Below the pieces are notes generated by a model that did no database searches, was not told where the DNA came from, and saw nothing but the letters and a program-made list of their open reading frames with translations. A stretch of DNA of 64,000 nucleotides from the NCBI GenBank assembly GCA_965235115.1, contig OZ249437.1:32612001-32676000 (forward strand). Reading direction: 5' to 3'. The position numbers were made by a program, and so were the translations under genes. Positions 49,703 through 62,820 of this stretch are shown here, one piece after another; within the stretch, counting starts at the first letter, position 1, and each line of letters starts with the position of its first letter. The DNA comes from Laetmonice hystrix. Lineage: Eukaryota.

Positions 49703-50479
49703 TTAAGAGAACTTTTCTCTTAAAGGGGCATTTGGTAAAACAAACAAAAGTCAAGGATCAACCTTTTTCATTGATTGCAGTATGAGGACCGATGCATAAA
49801 AGGTTCCAATCAATGAACCCACTATAACCAAAGGTACGAAGTTGCTTATTTTCTTCTATACGCGGGCATCTAAAGTGGATAAGTGTAATGTCTACGACAA
49901 TGACCCCATCATCGTGTTGGGAATGCTGGTTTGTAAGTTTGCTCCCATATAGCAGTGTAGAAGGGGGTTAAACTCTAGGCGCCGCCACAGTTGTACGACA
50001 ATATATACACCGACTGTTGTTACCCATCGCTCATTATGTCAGTCGGATGATCAATCCGATAGATTATGCCACACACATCCTTCTGATCCCGTGCCATTTA
50101 GTTGGTAATCTCGGCTCGTCTCATCGATCGGTCTCTCTATATCTGTACCTGTCGTGGAGGGGGGTGGGGGACATATGCTACTCCCAGCCCTCCTCCTACC
50201 GGCCCACCCTCGTCCATCACCCGACTCACTCCTGCCAGTCCTTCCCGTCGTTTTAACCGTTGACCTCTCTCTTTTATCTCCATGATTACCAACTGTCTCC
50301 GAGGTAACAAACAAAATTCAACCAATCGATTACCCCACCTGAAGTATGTTAATTCTGTTACTATTACCGTGGTCGCTATACCCAAAACATCAGCCGTTCA
50401 GGTAAAATATGTTAGGGGGGGTGTAAAATTATCAAAATATTTTGACGTGGTATTTTACGCTTGGACAGGCTGGGAAATA

Positions 50480-50620
50480 TGGACGCGGTTAATTTGACTT
50501 GTGGAGGAAACCGGAGTACGCGGGGATAACCGCGGACCTGACAGCAAGTGACTGACCGGCTTTCTCGCATGAAGGCAAGAAAGTGGATTCGAAACCAGTG
50601 CTGAGAGCCACTTGGTTACC
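50480..50620 (-). mobile_element. SINE fragment with Meta-domain-like core
   Basis: The minus strand reads GGTAACCAAGTGG...GGTTTCGAATCC (pol III boxes), then CATGCGAGAAAG...GTCAGTCACTTGC...GGTTATCCCCGCGTACTCCGGTTTCCTCCAC, resembling the conserved central domain of MetaSINE/V-SINE-type elements as I recall it. Confidence 0.6.
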
Positions 50621-50643
50621 ATTGGGTTCTTCTCCAGGCTTCC

Positions 50644-50710
50644 GGTGGGTGGGTGGGTGGGTGGGTGGGTGGGTGGGTGGGTGGGTGGGTGGGTGGGTGG
50701 GTGGGTGGTG
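50644..50710. repeat. (GGGT)n microsatellite
   Basis: Uninterrupted GGGT run. Confidence 0.95.
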
Positions 50711-53349
50711 GAAGGAGGGGTTATAAAGGTGACTAGAAGTCCGCCATATTGACACAACTCTCAGGTAGGTTCTCGGAATGTACAACGACTCTGTTCTCTG
50801 ATTGGCCAGGGCTGTTGTTCCCCTGTTCTCTGAGTGGTTAGAAGTTACCATCAACAACCTGATGGGCTAAAAGTCTCCAACAGGTGCCTTGTCAAAGAGT
50901 GGATATATATACAGTTGAGTCGATGATTTAAGACAGCTAATGGAGTTGTCATTATAGGAGTATATGGATCCGTCAAGATTGATTACAGATGACGTATTGC
51001 CTATCCGCCTCCTGACTGAAGGTTAGCCGTATCTCAGTCAGACGGTCACGTTTTCCCCCTGTAGGCCTACCGTATCGAGTGATAACCCAGTGTAGCTATG
51101 CGGGGACGTCATGTCATGAATCCTCATTATGGTAGCATTCGTCATTCTGCCGGTTAGCTCTTGTATCACCCTTACTGCCTTTTGAGGTGATTATTCGTAT
51201 CATATACAAGCAATTATGGTCCGTAATTGCAGCAAATCGCAGTATTACAAGACGCATATTAAGTTGATTGAGCTAAACCTCGCATTTATTATACCTTCAG
51301 TGCCGACACTTGCCCGGAGGTATATGTAATAATTCGCTAGGGTCATGGTTTCATGTCATATGGTTTTGTAGAGTGATATTAGGTTCCACGATATACGATG
51401 TTATTTCGAGTAAGAGGTTGTATGTCTCATGCCATACTAGCATATGATATGTTACTGGCAATAGTACATCAGAATTAGATCTACCTTCCATGTGCGTTGC
51501 CATAGCAAAGGTCAACTCTGAAAGGGCAGGCAGGGAGAACTCCACACTGTACAGAATAATATTACCATGTTGCCATTTCGATTCAACATATGGCAGTGAG
51601 AAAAAAAGGCAATATACGAGTGTATAATGAATTACATCATATAATGATAAGACATAAGTCAGGAATCAAGGAAGTTAGTTATTGTCATTAGGCACATGCT
51701 GTAGAGCTAAACCTGAAATTAAACCGTCCAAAAACAAGGCAATTATTACAGCATAATTACTCTGAGCAACTTGGTAATTTCGAGGATTTTTGGGTATCTG
51801 CCTCACACTACACGATTTTCTACTGACACAAGTTTATGTCAGACACGATAAGACAGAACACATTTGAGAGTTTGGCCGTCACGATTATACACGACACGAA
51901 TCTGTCTTTTCATATCGTATCTTGAGTGACCTTGGAAAGTCACTCAAGGTCATATGCGTATTTTCAAAGGCCTGTATCTTCAACATAGTTAAAGATGCAT
52001 GAAACGTTACATAATGATCGGGGACAGTCTGAGGATGGCACATGTCAAACTTATTTTGATATCATTTGATATCAATGGCCGCTTGGTGGTCATCTTGGAT
52101 ATAATAAACACATTAATCTTGGAGTAATAACATAGCCAAATTGTCTGGCTTTCTTTCAAACCTGGTGAAAAGGGAAGTCATTATGAGAGGAAACTGTCGT
52201 GCCATTTTATTTTGTGTTCAGGTTTTAAATATAGCCATATACTGTCTAAAAATTAAGATTAGGACGTCATTATTAAGTCTCATTTTTCACTCTTTTCATT
52301 TATGAGTGACCTTGTGTGGTCAATCAATTCAAAGTCAGGGACATTTTCGTCGATTAATATATCGACAAAACTTTTGAACACGGATGAAGTGAAGTATCAC
52401 GGATGGTTGTACATGGACTGTATCTCAAAAATACAAAGTACGCAGTGACTCTGACGGGGTTTTGTTTCTAAATGTTTAGCCCTATATTTGGACACACCCG
52501 CAGCTGTAGCCCACACAAAGATCTTGAGGGAAATCGATGTAGCCGGTCCCTTACAAGGTATGCCGTATTATCAGGGTATATAACACCGTCTCTACCATCG
52601 CTAAGTGTTATACTGGTTTCCTCTTGTAATTAATAAAATAATTCGCGCACAGATATTAACACACACATATTATTACCTATTATTACCTACACAGCCACAC
52701 TTGGACGAATTTGAAGTCTTTAGTTGTCTCCCGGAGTCAAGAATGTGTGTGATCCCGTAGTGATGTCAATGACCATTGGTTACAAACGTGTGTACACTGC
52801 CGAGCTATCACCCGGGGGCCATCAGGTGACCTTATTGTCGGTAGGCCACGTCTCAGTTTGCTGATGTATTTATATTTCACTCGTCGCAATAAATGTCATA
52901 CGAAAGGCAGTCCTCGTCGCTTTTAGTCTTAGAATATTAAGCACATTATTTTCTTTTTCCCCCGCTGCTCTAGGGGACATTTTGGGCGGAAATTCATGGT
53001 CTGACGTTCTAACGTGCATCGTTGTATATAGAGCACCAAAGTGAAAAACATGCCCTGATCGAGACAGCCCGCTCTATGCAGCCCCACGGGACCATGGGAG
53101 AGAGAGAGAAAAAGGAGATATTATTTCGATCCTGTACGAAATCCTGAATGTTTCCCAGATAAATAATATATTTCAGGGGAGCAAAATGAAATAGTCCCGA
53201 AGAATAAAAACTATTTTTTCCACTCATCCTCACTTAGAGGCTCCGCCCCCCTCGTCAGCCCCCACACATTGCCAGAATGGGGGACAGGAGTTATTTTCCC
53301 GGCCGACCCATTAAATCAGACTACTAAGTAACGTACTACTCTCTACCTG

Positions 53350-54420
53350 TTCAGCCGACGTTGTGCATGTACAGTGCATACGTCTGGAGTAATAGTTGCT
53401 GCCAAGGAAACTGCACCTAACGGCAGGCTGCTCCCATCAGAGCAATAACCATAAGTCTCCGACTCAGGGGATCTCCAGGGCTATACTTCTCTTTGACCCA
53501 CAGCTTACAAAGTGTGCCGCCCCTCCAGGGTCTGGTTGAATGGACGGCAGAAAACATTGTCTTCTAGGATCCTTGAGAGGATCAACCCATGGAGGCCTCC
53601 ATGGAGGACTGGAAGATATTCCCTTTGAGAGCGGGCTCCGGCATTGAGTATAGAATATTGAAGATATAGGTGTCATATCTTAGATCAGTTCTTGGCGGGC
53701 ATTATCGTATGAACTTTATGGTGTTCTTGCTGCAGGCCGCACGCATGGCGGAATCAGTGGAGGCAACAATTGGAACTACCGCGTTCCTATATCAGGATGC
53801 AATTTGCTTTACACCACCTTTACAGGCTGATAATGTCAACCTTTAGTCCACGGACCCGGGGTCAAGACCCCTCCGATGATTGCCCTGCAATGCCTACCCC
53901 CCCCCCTCCCACCCCGCCGAACTATGAATAGTTTCGACCCTCGCAGCCCCAGAGACAAGCTGGCAGTATCTCGAAAATTCTCAACTTGAGGAAAGCTTAC
54001 TTATTTGTAAACTTACAGGCTTATGATTGGCTGGTCTACAACCCAATCAGAAGCCTGTAAGTTTACTTAAGTAAGATTTACTCAAGTTGAGAATTTTCGA
54101 GATGCTGGGCCCAGTGTGAGCAGGGGCCCTCTATGTCTAGGCAGTGGTTTACTCAAATACCCCGTGAGAAGTAGCTATTTTCCAAAGACATTCTGGCTTA
54201 TAGATAGGAAAGATATAACTGTGGGGGCAGTAATATATAAGTGGCAATCAAGCGGGAATCCTGTCATTATACAAGAGGCTGTTGGTGTAATGATAGTCTT
54301 ACCTGTTGCTATCCTCCATTTGACCACATCCGTATACTGACTCCTTCTGTTGTATGGCCACTTCTTACCTTATTTTATCATCCTTGTTTGGAAAAGTAGT
54401 CCCGAAACCATCAACAAGTG
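53350..54420 (-). pseudogene. Fossil LINE ORF2 fragment (RT plus RNase H; I-group-like), interrupted by a MITE
   Basis: Minus-strand peptides appear in the expected order despite stops and frameshifts: WFRDYF (near 54400), GKTIITPTASCIM (PQGS-ISP-like), DCHLY (YADD region, near 54240), SPPWRPPWVD and YCSDGSS...GAV (RNase H first motif, near 53440). Confidence 0.45.
53961..54111. mobile_element. Hairpin MITE (Harbinger-like, right end GCTGGGCC followed by CAG)
   Basis: Arms CAGTATCTCGAAAATTCTCAACTTGAG (53964-53990) and CTCAAGTTGAGAATTTTCGAGATGCTG (54081-54107), with further internal complementarity (GTAAACTTACAGGCTT/AAGCCTGTAAGTTTAC). Confidence 0.8.
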
Positions 54421-54811
54421 AAAGGTGATATTATATTATTTTAGGAAGCGATACATCAGTGTTGACATTAAATACCTGAGAGGTTCTTGTCAAGGCGAGG
54501 CCTAACTTTAGTTAAAACACAAGTACAGCTGTAGCATGCTATAAGCAGGTTTTTGTCAGTCCATTTTGACACCTGATCTGACATATCATTCCGAGCAATA
54601 ACGCTGAGTGGATATCTTGTGTCCCGGAGGGAGCGAGTACTGAGGATATTACTATAAAACTACCTTGCGACACGTTGGGCCCAATCCGCAAAATAGGTAG
54701 CAAAGAAAAAGCATAGAAAGTATTGAGATAGTTTGACGTTTCCGAACTCAGATTTGTGAATTTGATGGAGATTATATAATACTATGCACTTTTTTTGTGA
54801 CGAGAGTCCCG

Positions 54812-56116
54812 ACCAGGGTGGGAGGGAGGACGGTGTATTTGTGACGGTAGTCCAGGCCAGGGTGGGGGACGGTGTATTTGTGACTGTAGTCCAGGCCAGG
54901 GTGGGAGGGAGGACGGTGTATTTGTGACAGTAGTCCTGGCCAGGGTGGGAGTGAGGACGGTGTATTTGTGACGGTAGTCCAGGCCAGGGTGGGGGACGGT
55001 GTATTTGTGACGGTAGTCCAGGCCAGGGTGGGAGGGAGGACGGTGTATTTGTGACGGTAGTCCAGGCCAGGGTGGGAGGGAGGACGGTGTATTTGTGACG
55101 GTAGTCCAGGCCAGGGTGGGAGGGAGGACGGTGTATTTGTGACAGTAGTCCAGGCCAGGGTGGGAGGGAGGACGGTGTATTTGTGACGGTAGTCCAGGCC
55201 AGGGTGGGAGTGAGGACGGTGTATTTGTGACAGTAGTCCAGGCCAGGGTGGGAGGGAGGACGGTGTATTTGTGACGGTAGTCCAGGCCAGGGTGGAGGAC
55301 GGTGTATTTGTGACGGTAGTCCAGGCCAGGGTGGGAGGGAGGACGGTGTATTTGTGACGGTAGTCCAGGCCAGGGTGGGAGGGAGGACGGTGTATTTGTA
55401 ACGGTAGTCCTGGCCAGGGTGGGAGGGAGGACGGTGTATTTGTGACGGTAGTCCAGGCCAGGGTGGGAGGGAGGACGGTGTATTTGTGACGGTAGTCCAG
55501 GCCAGGGTGGGAGGGAGGACGGTGTATTTGTGACTGTAGTCCAGGCCAGGGTGGGAGGGAGGACGGTGTATTTGTGACAGTAGTCCAGGCCAGGGTGGGA
55601 GGGAGGACGGTGTATTTGTGACGGTAGTCCAGGCCAGGGTGGGAGGGAGGACGGTGTATTTGTGACTGTAGTCCAGGCCAGGGTGGGAGGGAGGACGGTG
55701 TATTTGTGACAGTAGTCCAGGCCAGGGTGGGAGGGAGGACGGTGTATTTGTGACAGTAGTCCAGGCCAGGGTGGGAGGGAGGACGGTGTATTTGTGACGG
55801 TAGTCCAGGCCAGGGTGGGAGGGAGGACGGTGTATTTGTGACGGTAGTCCAGGCCAGGGTGGGAGGGAGGACGGTGTATTTGTGACGGTAGTCCAGGCCA
55901 GGGTGGGAGGGAGGACGGTGTATTTGTGACGGTTGTCCAGGCCAGGGTGGGAGGGAGGACGGTGTATTTGTGACGGTAGTCCAGGCCAGGCCAGGGTGGG
56001 AGGGAGGACGGTGTATTTGTGACAGTAGTCCAGGCCAGGGTGGGAGGGAGGACGGTGTATTTGTGACGGTAGTCCAGGCCAGGGTGGGAGTGAGGACGGT
56101 GTATTTGTGACAGTAG
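54812..56116. repeat. G-rich minisatellite, 44-bp unit, about 30 copies
   Basis: Unit CCAGGCCAGGGTGGGAGGGAGGACGGTGTATTTGTGACGGTAGT. Confidence 0.97.
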
Positions 56117-57362
56117 TAGTCCCAAGATGCAGTCCGAGCTCCAGTATAGACTCGACCCGGAGTAGGTCATTGTCCCTGACCTGGACGATGATTTCGTTTG
56201 TCGCACATGAAGATGAATGTCTTCCTGACATTGTGAAGCTGACAGACACGAGGCTGCCTCGGTGGACCTCCTACACCCGTGTCATAAGTCAATTTAAGGT
56301 AAGTAGGTCTGGCACGGCCTGCTGTGGGTTCCGACAGCAAACAGAATAATGATAAGGAACTTCAATCATCGCCACCTCGCAGTAATACGAACTGCCGTTA
56401 AAAACTCGCCGCCCGGAACAAGACGTGTTTAGACATTTTCGAAATGTGACTTTGACGAAGTGCGATTTTTTTTATATCCCTGGAAACTGGCGTGCGCATA
56501 ATGAGGGTATGGTGGATATGAGAGGAAGTACGGAGATAGAGACAATTAGCCAGGAATTCCGGGCCATCACGGATCGGTGGTGTTGGCAAGGGGGGATGGG
56601 GGTGCGAGTCGAGGCGGGTATAGCTCTGGTAGGGGGTGCCTGTGATTAGATTTAGGGCTACTCAGGAAGAAGAGGCTTCTGTCGCCAACTGATCTTCTCA
56701 GCTGGCCCTTGGACGTGGTGGCGGGCATTGGGATGAAACCCAACTCTTATCATGTTTGCCTGGAGAAGGGGAATGTGTCAGTGCTAATACCTCGAACAAC
56801 GTCTAATGTGTTCGTCCCTTAGAAATCTGCCATGAGGGTTGTTGACACACAGGCGAGTGATCCGCCTCCCTTCTCTATACAAGGCATCTACCGCAAAGAA
56901 AAAACTTAGCTCAACTAAAGCAGACTGGTCTGGCGAGATATTACCTTCTATTAGTAAATCCTTTTTAAGTAAACATAAGAGTTTGCTTTTGAATCATTCA
57001 ATATGGACTGTTAATAAGCCCCCTGTTCGCCAATATAAAAAAGTGTATATTGAAGTAAGCAAGTTTCATTAAGTCAAGTAAACCAGTAGATTGAGTTGTG
57101 TAGAGGGAAAGGTCGGCTCTCGATATCAGAAGTTGTTGAATCTGCAAAAAACATTATTAGGTGCAGAGGCACAGTGGCCTCCCCCTCAATGAGGTCTGAT
57201 ATAGCCTAGTCAAGGCTCATTGACACGACCTTCAGTGGCTTAGATTGCGGTAACTTAGCAGGTATACCAGCTGCTCCCTAATTTGGAAACACGTATACTT
57301 TCGCCAGTTTTTGTTGGCGCAAACAGACCAGGGCCCAGCTCCTTCAGAAGGCTTAAGCTTAA

Positions 57363-58210
57363 AAGAAACGTCCACCGCCAGTGTGTACAGGCAAGGCACA
57401 CAGGCCGTGATATTCTAAGCAATTTAAAAAAGATTTGAACACAATTGGTGCTCAAATAGTTAAGATATAAGCACTTTAGTGCCGGAGCCTGCTTAGAACC
57501 TGTTCTGCTGGTGATGGCGGCCATAGATGTCTGCTCCTTGGGCTAATTTCACATTGCGCATGCTCCAACCACTGCTCTCCAGTTTGGGAGGAACGAAAAA
57601 CTGACGCACCTGTTGCGTTGAGCGAACGTTGACAGCTTATTTATATAAGCAAAATTTGTTGGAACATAGACGAAAACCATCGATCATAGTGATGAGGAAT
57701 GGCTAGAAATTAAGCCTACCGATGTCAGGGGATATATCAGGGTGGACACGGATCTGGGCAAGCGCCAGCGGTGGGTTTCGGCCGCCTGCATTCGTGATGT
57801 TGACGGCACCCGCAGGGCCACTGGGCCGGGCCCTGACCGTGGCTTCGACCGCGGGCGGGTGCTGGCAGTGTCAGACTCCTGTGGTCAGTTCAGCACAGAC
57901 CTATTTTAGTTGTGACTGTGACTGTGGGACTGACCCCCGTTGATTTTGCCGACCCGCCTCGGCTGCCTTTACTTTAGTCTAGTCTAGCCTAGCCCCGGCA
58001 TGCAATAGATTAGCCCCGGAACGTCACTTCCGGCCAGCCCAATAGCAACAAATGGCTGCGCCGCTGAAGCCAGTGATTTTGACACGGTTGTCATGTTCAA
58101 CATGACTTCTTGGAATGGGGTGACATTTATTTCCAACCACTACTCTGAAAGGTGAGTGCATATAGAGGCCTTGCAGCTGTCCAAATGTGATTTCTGACTG
58201 GACTTCTCCT
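57363..58210 (-). mobile_element. Non-autonomous Kolobok-like DNA transposon, copy B
   Basis: TTAA|AAGAAACGTCCACCGCCAG ... CTGGACTTCTCCT|TTAA; inverted homolog of 48827-49702. Confidence 0.8.
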
Positions 58211-61200
58211 TTAAGATTGAGCATATGCCTAGCACTTTACATGATAACCTAACACATGTAACTGGAACATGGTGACTTAAATGACACTTATCTTCTGTGG
58301 GCCAGTATTCAAACATTTACTGGCGAACCTTTTTGTGATACAGCCCTGCAGTTTGAGGTGTACGTGGTGGTGACCAGCCTTAGCACTGCCCCTGAATTAT
58401 TCAAACTCAAGGGGTGGACTTGTTGCGCTAGGGTTTTGTTGTTTGACCATGCCCACCATACAGTTGTCATTGTTGAGTGGTTCAGAACCATCAGACCTTA
58501 ATGCTTTGCTTAGCAGAAAAAAAAATCACTGCTGTGGGTAGTAGGTTGTTTTGATTTGGACAGAGAGTCAGAGAGATTCGCTATGCACGGCGAGAAGAGA
58601 GCCGTCATTTTCTGGACGTGCTGGAGATGGGAAATGCCGCCGCCGCTGAACAAGGGGCAAGTCCCGGCCGCAAGGTGTCAGGGCCGGGCGGTCACACGGG
58701 CGGTCACCACAGTGCACTGATTGAATCAGCAATGAGATATGAAAAGCATATGTCCCAATGATGGAGCGGGAGAGGATTGGTTGGAGCTGGAGGAGGAGGG
58801 AGGGGTGGCATGCACTGATGGAAGCAGGGCTGATTACAAGGCACTGGCCTTGGACGGTCTGTGTCATTGTCACTTTTTACGGTTCACATTCGGACGGGCT
58901 AGGTACACCTCGGCTGCTGCGTGGGTGGGGGGTGGGGGTGGGGGTGGGGGGTGGGAGAGTCGGTGGGGGGTGGGGGTGGGGGGTGGGAGAGTCGGTGGGC
59001 GGCCTGATACAAGCCAACCATGCACCCACACCAAATAATACAACCGCACTAGCCGTATCCCACCCTACGTACCTCCAGCGGCGCACTGCGCGCCAAAAGT
59101 AAATGATTACTTACTATATTTAGTCTGATTTCAATAGGTTGTCACTGACTATCGGGCGAATATACTTAATACTTTATTGGTATCTCAAAGACAGTCATAC
59201 CATGTTCTCGGAACATGTTCTCGGTAAAAGTAACAGTTCTGATCTATTTGTTAACGTATACTTAGTGTTCTTTATACCAAATATATACGGGTGCGTTTCT
59301 ATACAGCCCAAAAGACTCTTTGAGACCCTCGCTGAACCCAAAGAGTCTTTGCGGCGACGTGGTGCTTCTATAACACTCTATTCTTTACCACCCCGAAAAG
59401 ACGTCTTTTGAAAGACTCTTTGCGCAAAGACATCTTTCCTTGCAGAAACGCACATTGCTGGCAAAGGTTTTCTGTAAAAGTGATGGTTCGTCTTTCCACG
59501 TAGGTATAAAGAAAAAACTGTGTTCTCGATGGAGCAGCCCCACATGTATACAATAGATAAGATACCATATTAGTGTCACAGTTGGATTAGCATTTATGAC
59601 CTTGGTGATAAGTCCTCAGTCCTCTGTATCCAGGCTCCGATAAGCCTGTTGTTCCCATATATCGTAGTTAATCCGTTTGTTGTGGTATTCCTGGCGGCTT
59701 GTACAGTGGGGGCATACGGAAACTCCACTTGTATTAAAGTTAGGCGAAGTACTGGAAGCCTTTTTGGTCAGTGGAGAAAGGCACGTATCCTTTCTTGTTT
59801 CCAGGTCCATTTGCCACAAAAACATTTTGTTATCAGGCAATTTGTTTTCGGCCTCTACATTTTTACTGGTTTCAGATCTATGGGGTCTTCCAATGGCTTT
59901 TGTTTTTGTGGATTCTCGGCGTTACTGCACTATCTGTCTTTTCATCAAGATGCGTTTTGTGGGGGTTTATACACTCTGGAACATATTAGCTCTCAAGTAG
60001 AGTGGACGTACTGATATAAAATACGATTTGCGGCTCTCCTTCCTTCCTACTCGGCGCTAGGACCTGTTAGGACTTCTACCTGTGTTGTTCTGACATCAGA
60101 ATTGGCCATTGATTTACACCCGTGGAAATCTGAACACCTAGTGGCCCCAGCTACCGATGGAAACTGCACATTTAGGGTTCTCTCTTGTTTCACAGTACAA
60201 TGGCCACTGGCTATCAAAATATCGTTACCAAGGATCCATAATGATCATGGTCTAGAGATACTGGTTATGTGCCTAATACTAATATTTTATATTAGTATGG
60301 CCCATACTGGAAAAGGAAAGCATGAAAAAGAATGCAGAATAACAACAAAATACCGAAATTCTTATTTTTCCCCTCGAGGCATTTCCACTTCTTTCTTATT
60401 GCTTTGATTTCTTCAATGAAGCCATTATTTTCATTTTTTTTCTTTTTTTCCCCCGATTTCAAATCATTCTTCGTGGTCTGCAAGCTGTGTCGATTAAAGA
60501 GGCTTTTTGAATGCTTTTTGAATGTAAAGAATTCAGTTATTTCTAAAACTTATACTGAAATTGACGCCGTGATCTCACATACGAGTTATTAAGAAACGTC
60601 AAACATTTTCGAGACATTTCTGTTGTAAAACGGTCGATTGCTCAGGTTAATTTTCCTGTTTTACCACATAAATGGTGAAAAGGGACTTTAATTTGCCGGC
60701 ACTATTCCCTGAGGCATTCGATATAGCCTGCACGTTTTATACATTGATTTAAATTGGATGAAAATGTTTTCTCGGCATAGAAAAGTCCGATTTTATAGTA
60801 TTGCTGTACACGTGAGGCAGGAGATCTTTCTGAAATTGATTCAGGACGGGATATTTCAGAACATTAGAGTATCATGTGTGTAAAGATTGACTTTGAATCT
60901 CTGGCCCGTATGTCGTGATATTCATTCAAGGATATAAATAGGACGTATCTGATACAAATTTGTATCCTCAAATTTTGCCGTTATGCATGGATTTATCAGC
61001 AAATTGAGGTAGGCACCACTTATACTTGTGGCTCATGTTCTATGATTCAAGACGTATTTGTGAAATATCTTTGTTATATTAATTGACGTTTGTGTATTAT
61101 TCATCACTGAGGACCATTGTAGATGGTGATTTGTTGTCTGTGTATCTGAGAGGTGATGACACCACACAGACAGGCAGGCGGTTAGCTCAGGGGGTGGAGG

Positions 61201-61346
61201 GGGCAAGGAGACAGCTGTACAAACCTACCAACGTCTCCAGTGTTTATACCGCTACCTTTGTTGTAGGTTCAGCTTTAGCCATTATCCATTCAATAACAGA
61301 CGTTCTCCAATCTACAACACGGCTGCATGTATAGCTTATATAACTT

Positions 61347-62820
61347 CAGGGATGAAAGTTTTCAGGAAATTTCCTGAAATCAGGAAATTTGAAAAAATCC
61401 CCCCCCCCCCAAGAAATAACACCCAAAAAAGGAAATAGGCCTAGATCTATAGGCAAAAGAGGTAGGCCTAAGCCAAGGCTAAGTATTGCCCTGGACTGTG
61501 TGGTGGGCAATTAATATCAAATGAAACAATATCCCCTTCCACGACGTTTTTTAACACCATGCAGCTCAATATATCTCTACCTGCCAAAGTTTGTTTATAG
61601 ATGGGGATATTAGAGTGTCTCAAACCCGTTCAGTGTCACGGGTGCCACCGTGCATAGGCCGGTCTGCCGGGGGTGCTGGTCCCTGTAGCTGTGGTGACAT
61701 CGCTCACATCGACTGGCCCGCGTGGGCTGACTTCTACCGGCACGCGGTGGCGTCTGTCCCGTCTGGCAGGCACGGCCCCGTGTCGCTGTGGTGAGAGCGA
61801 CTCACCTCAGGTAATGACTTCAGGCAAAATTGATGGTCAGGCAGCTGCGAAGCCCGTTGATTCAGGCTTGCCATTATGCCATATCCATGCGCGAGTTTTG
61901 CCTGAGCGCTCACTTAGTGATAGCAACGAGACTATAGACAGACCGGTCTGTCTAGTCCCGGCGATAGTGATTAGGCTGACGAACTACGCACCATCACAAT
62001 GTCACTCCTCACAGGAAACTGGGTCAATTTAGTTCTATGAATCTGCCTAGTATATATGTCAGTAAGTTCTCATAATGTGTTCTTGCATATAAATTTGAGG
62101 ATAGTGGCATTACGTAAGTGGTTTTCACTGAAGTTTTGGGGTTGTCAGGACTTTTCATTACATTTGTCGATCAGTGCAGGTGTCCTGATAAGACCGGAAG
62201 TGACAATTTTCACAACAACATGAGTGGCACATGGACACACGGGCTGAACCACTCGACTCAGCGAAGCCTGTGTTGCTTGGCTGAGAGCCGCTGAGGGTCG
62301 TGACTGCTGAGGGTCAAGACTGATGGACAGCCTGTGTGGTCAGTCTAACATATGGAAGCTGTTTGACAACGTAATCGGTTGCATTTTGGACGCTAAAAGC
62401 CGACTGGATTCCAATGTTGGAGAGAGACGGCAGAGCGCCGGCAGAGCCAGGCAGAGGTTGACATGCACTGACTGTGACTGAGTGACAGGCAAGCAACAGC
62501 CTTGAACAGGGGCATGGACTGATGAGTGATGGAGTCTATCCAGCAAATTTGCAGGGGTGGGGGGTTGGGGGTGGGGTGGGGGGGGGGTGGGGGTTGGGGG
62601 GGGGGGTGGCGACTAAATACTGAGGGCTAGGCCCTATAATATATAATAGCTAGGAGGCCTTATCGGATCATGATTGTCTGCTGTTCCTGACTTTTTTTAA
62701 GGGGGGGGGGGTAAGCCTTGGATGTGCGCATGAACAAATATTAATTATGGACATTGGCCCCCGCCGCTCCCCCCCGGTCAGGATTTCAGGAAATTTTACA
62801 GCTGGCCACTTTCATCCCTG
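61347..62820. mobile_element. Non-autonomous hAT DNA transposon (1.47 kb)
   Basis: Termini CAGGGATGAAAGT ... ACTTTCATCCCTG; 8-bp flanks TATAACTT / TATAACCT (7 of 8 identical); subterminal CAGGAAATTT motifs at both ends. Confidence 0.85.

Noticed and set aside
7470-56116. Tandem arrays considered as CRISPR arrays
   Set aside because: Units are head to tail with no unique spacers, the context is eukaryotic, and there are no cas genes.
54660-56249. ORFs of 474 and 529 aa on the minus strand
   Set aside because: Translations of the 44-bp minisatellite.
56120-56305. Possible + strand exon ending at AAG|GTAAGT (also a similar candidate near 10750-10830)
   Set aside because: The donor sites are good but the peptides are unrecognisable and cannot be chained into a gene without transcript data.
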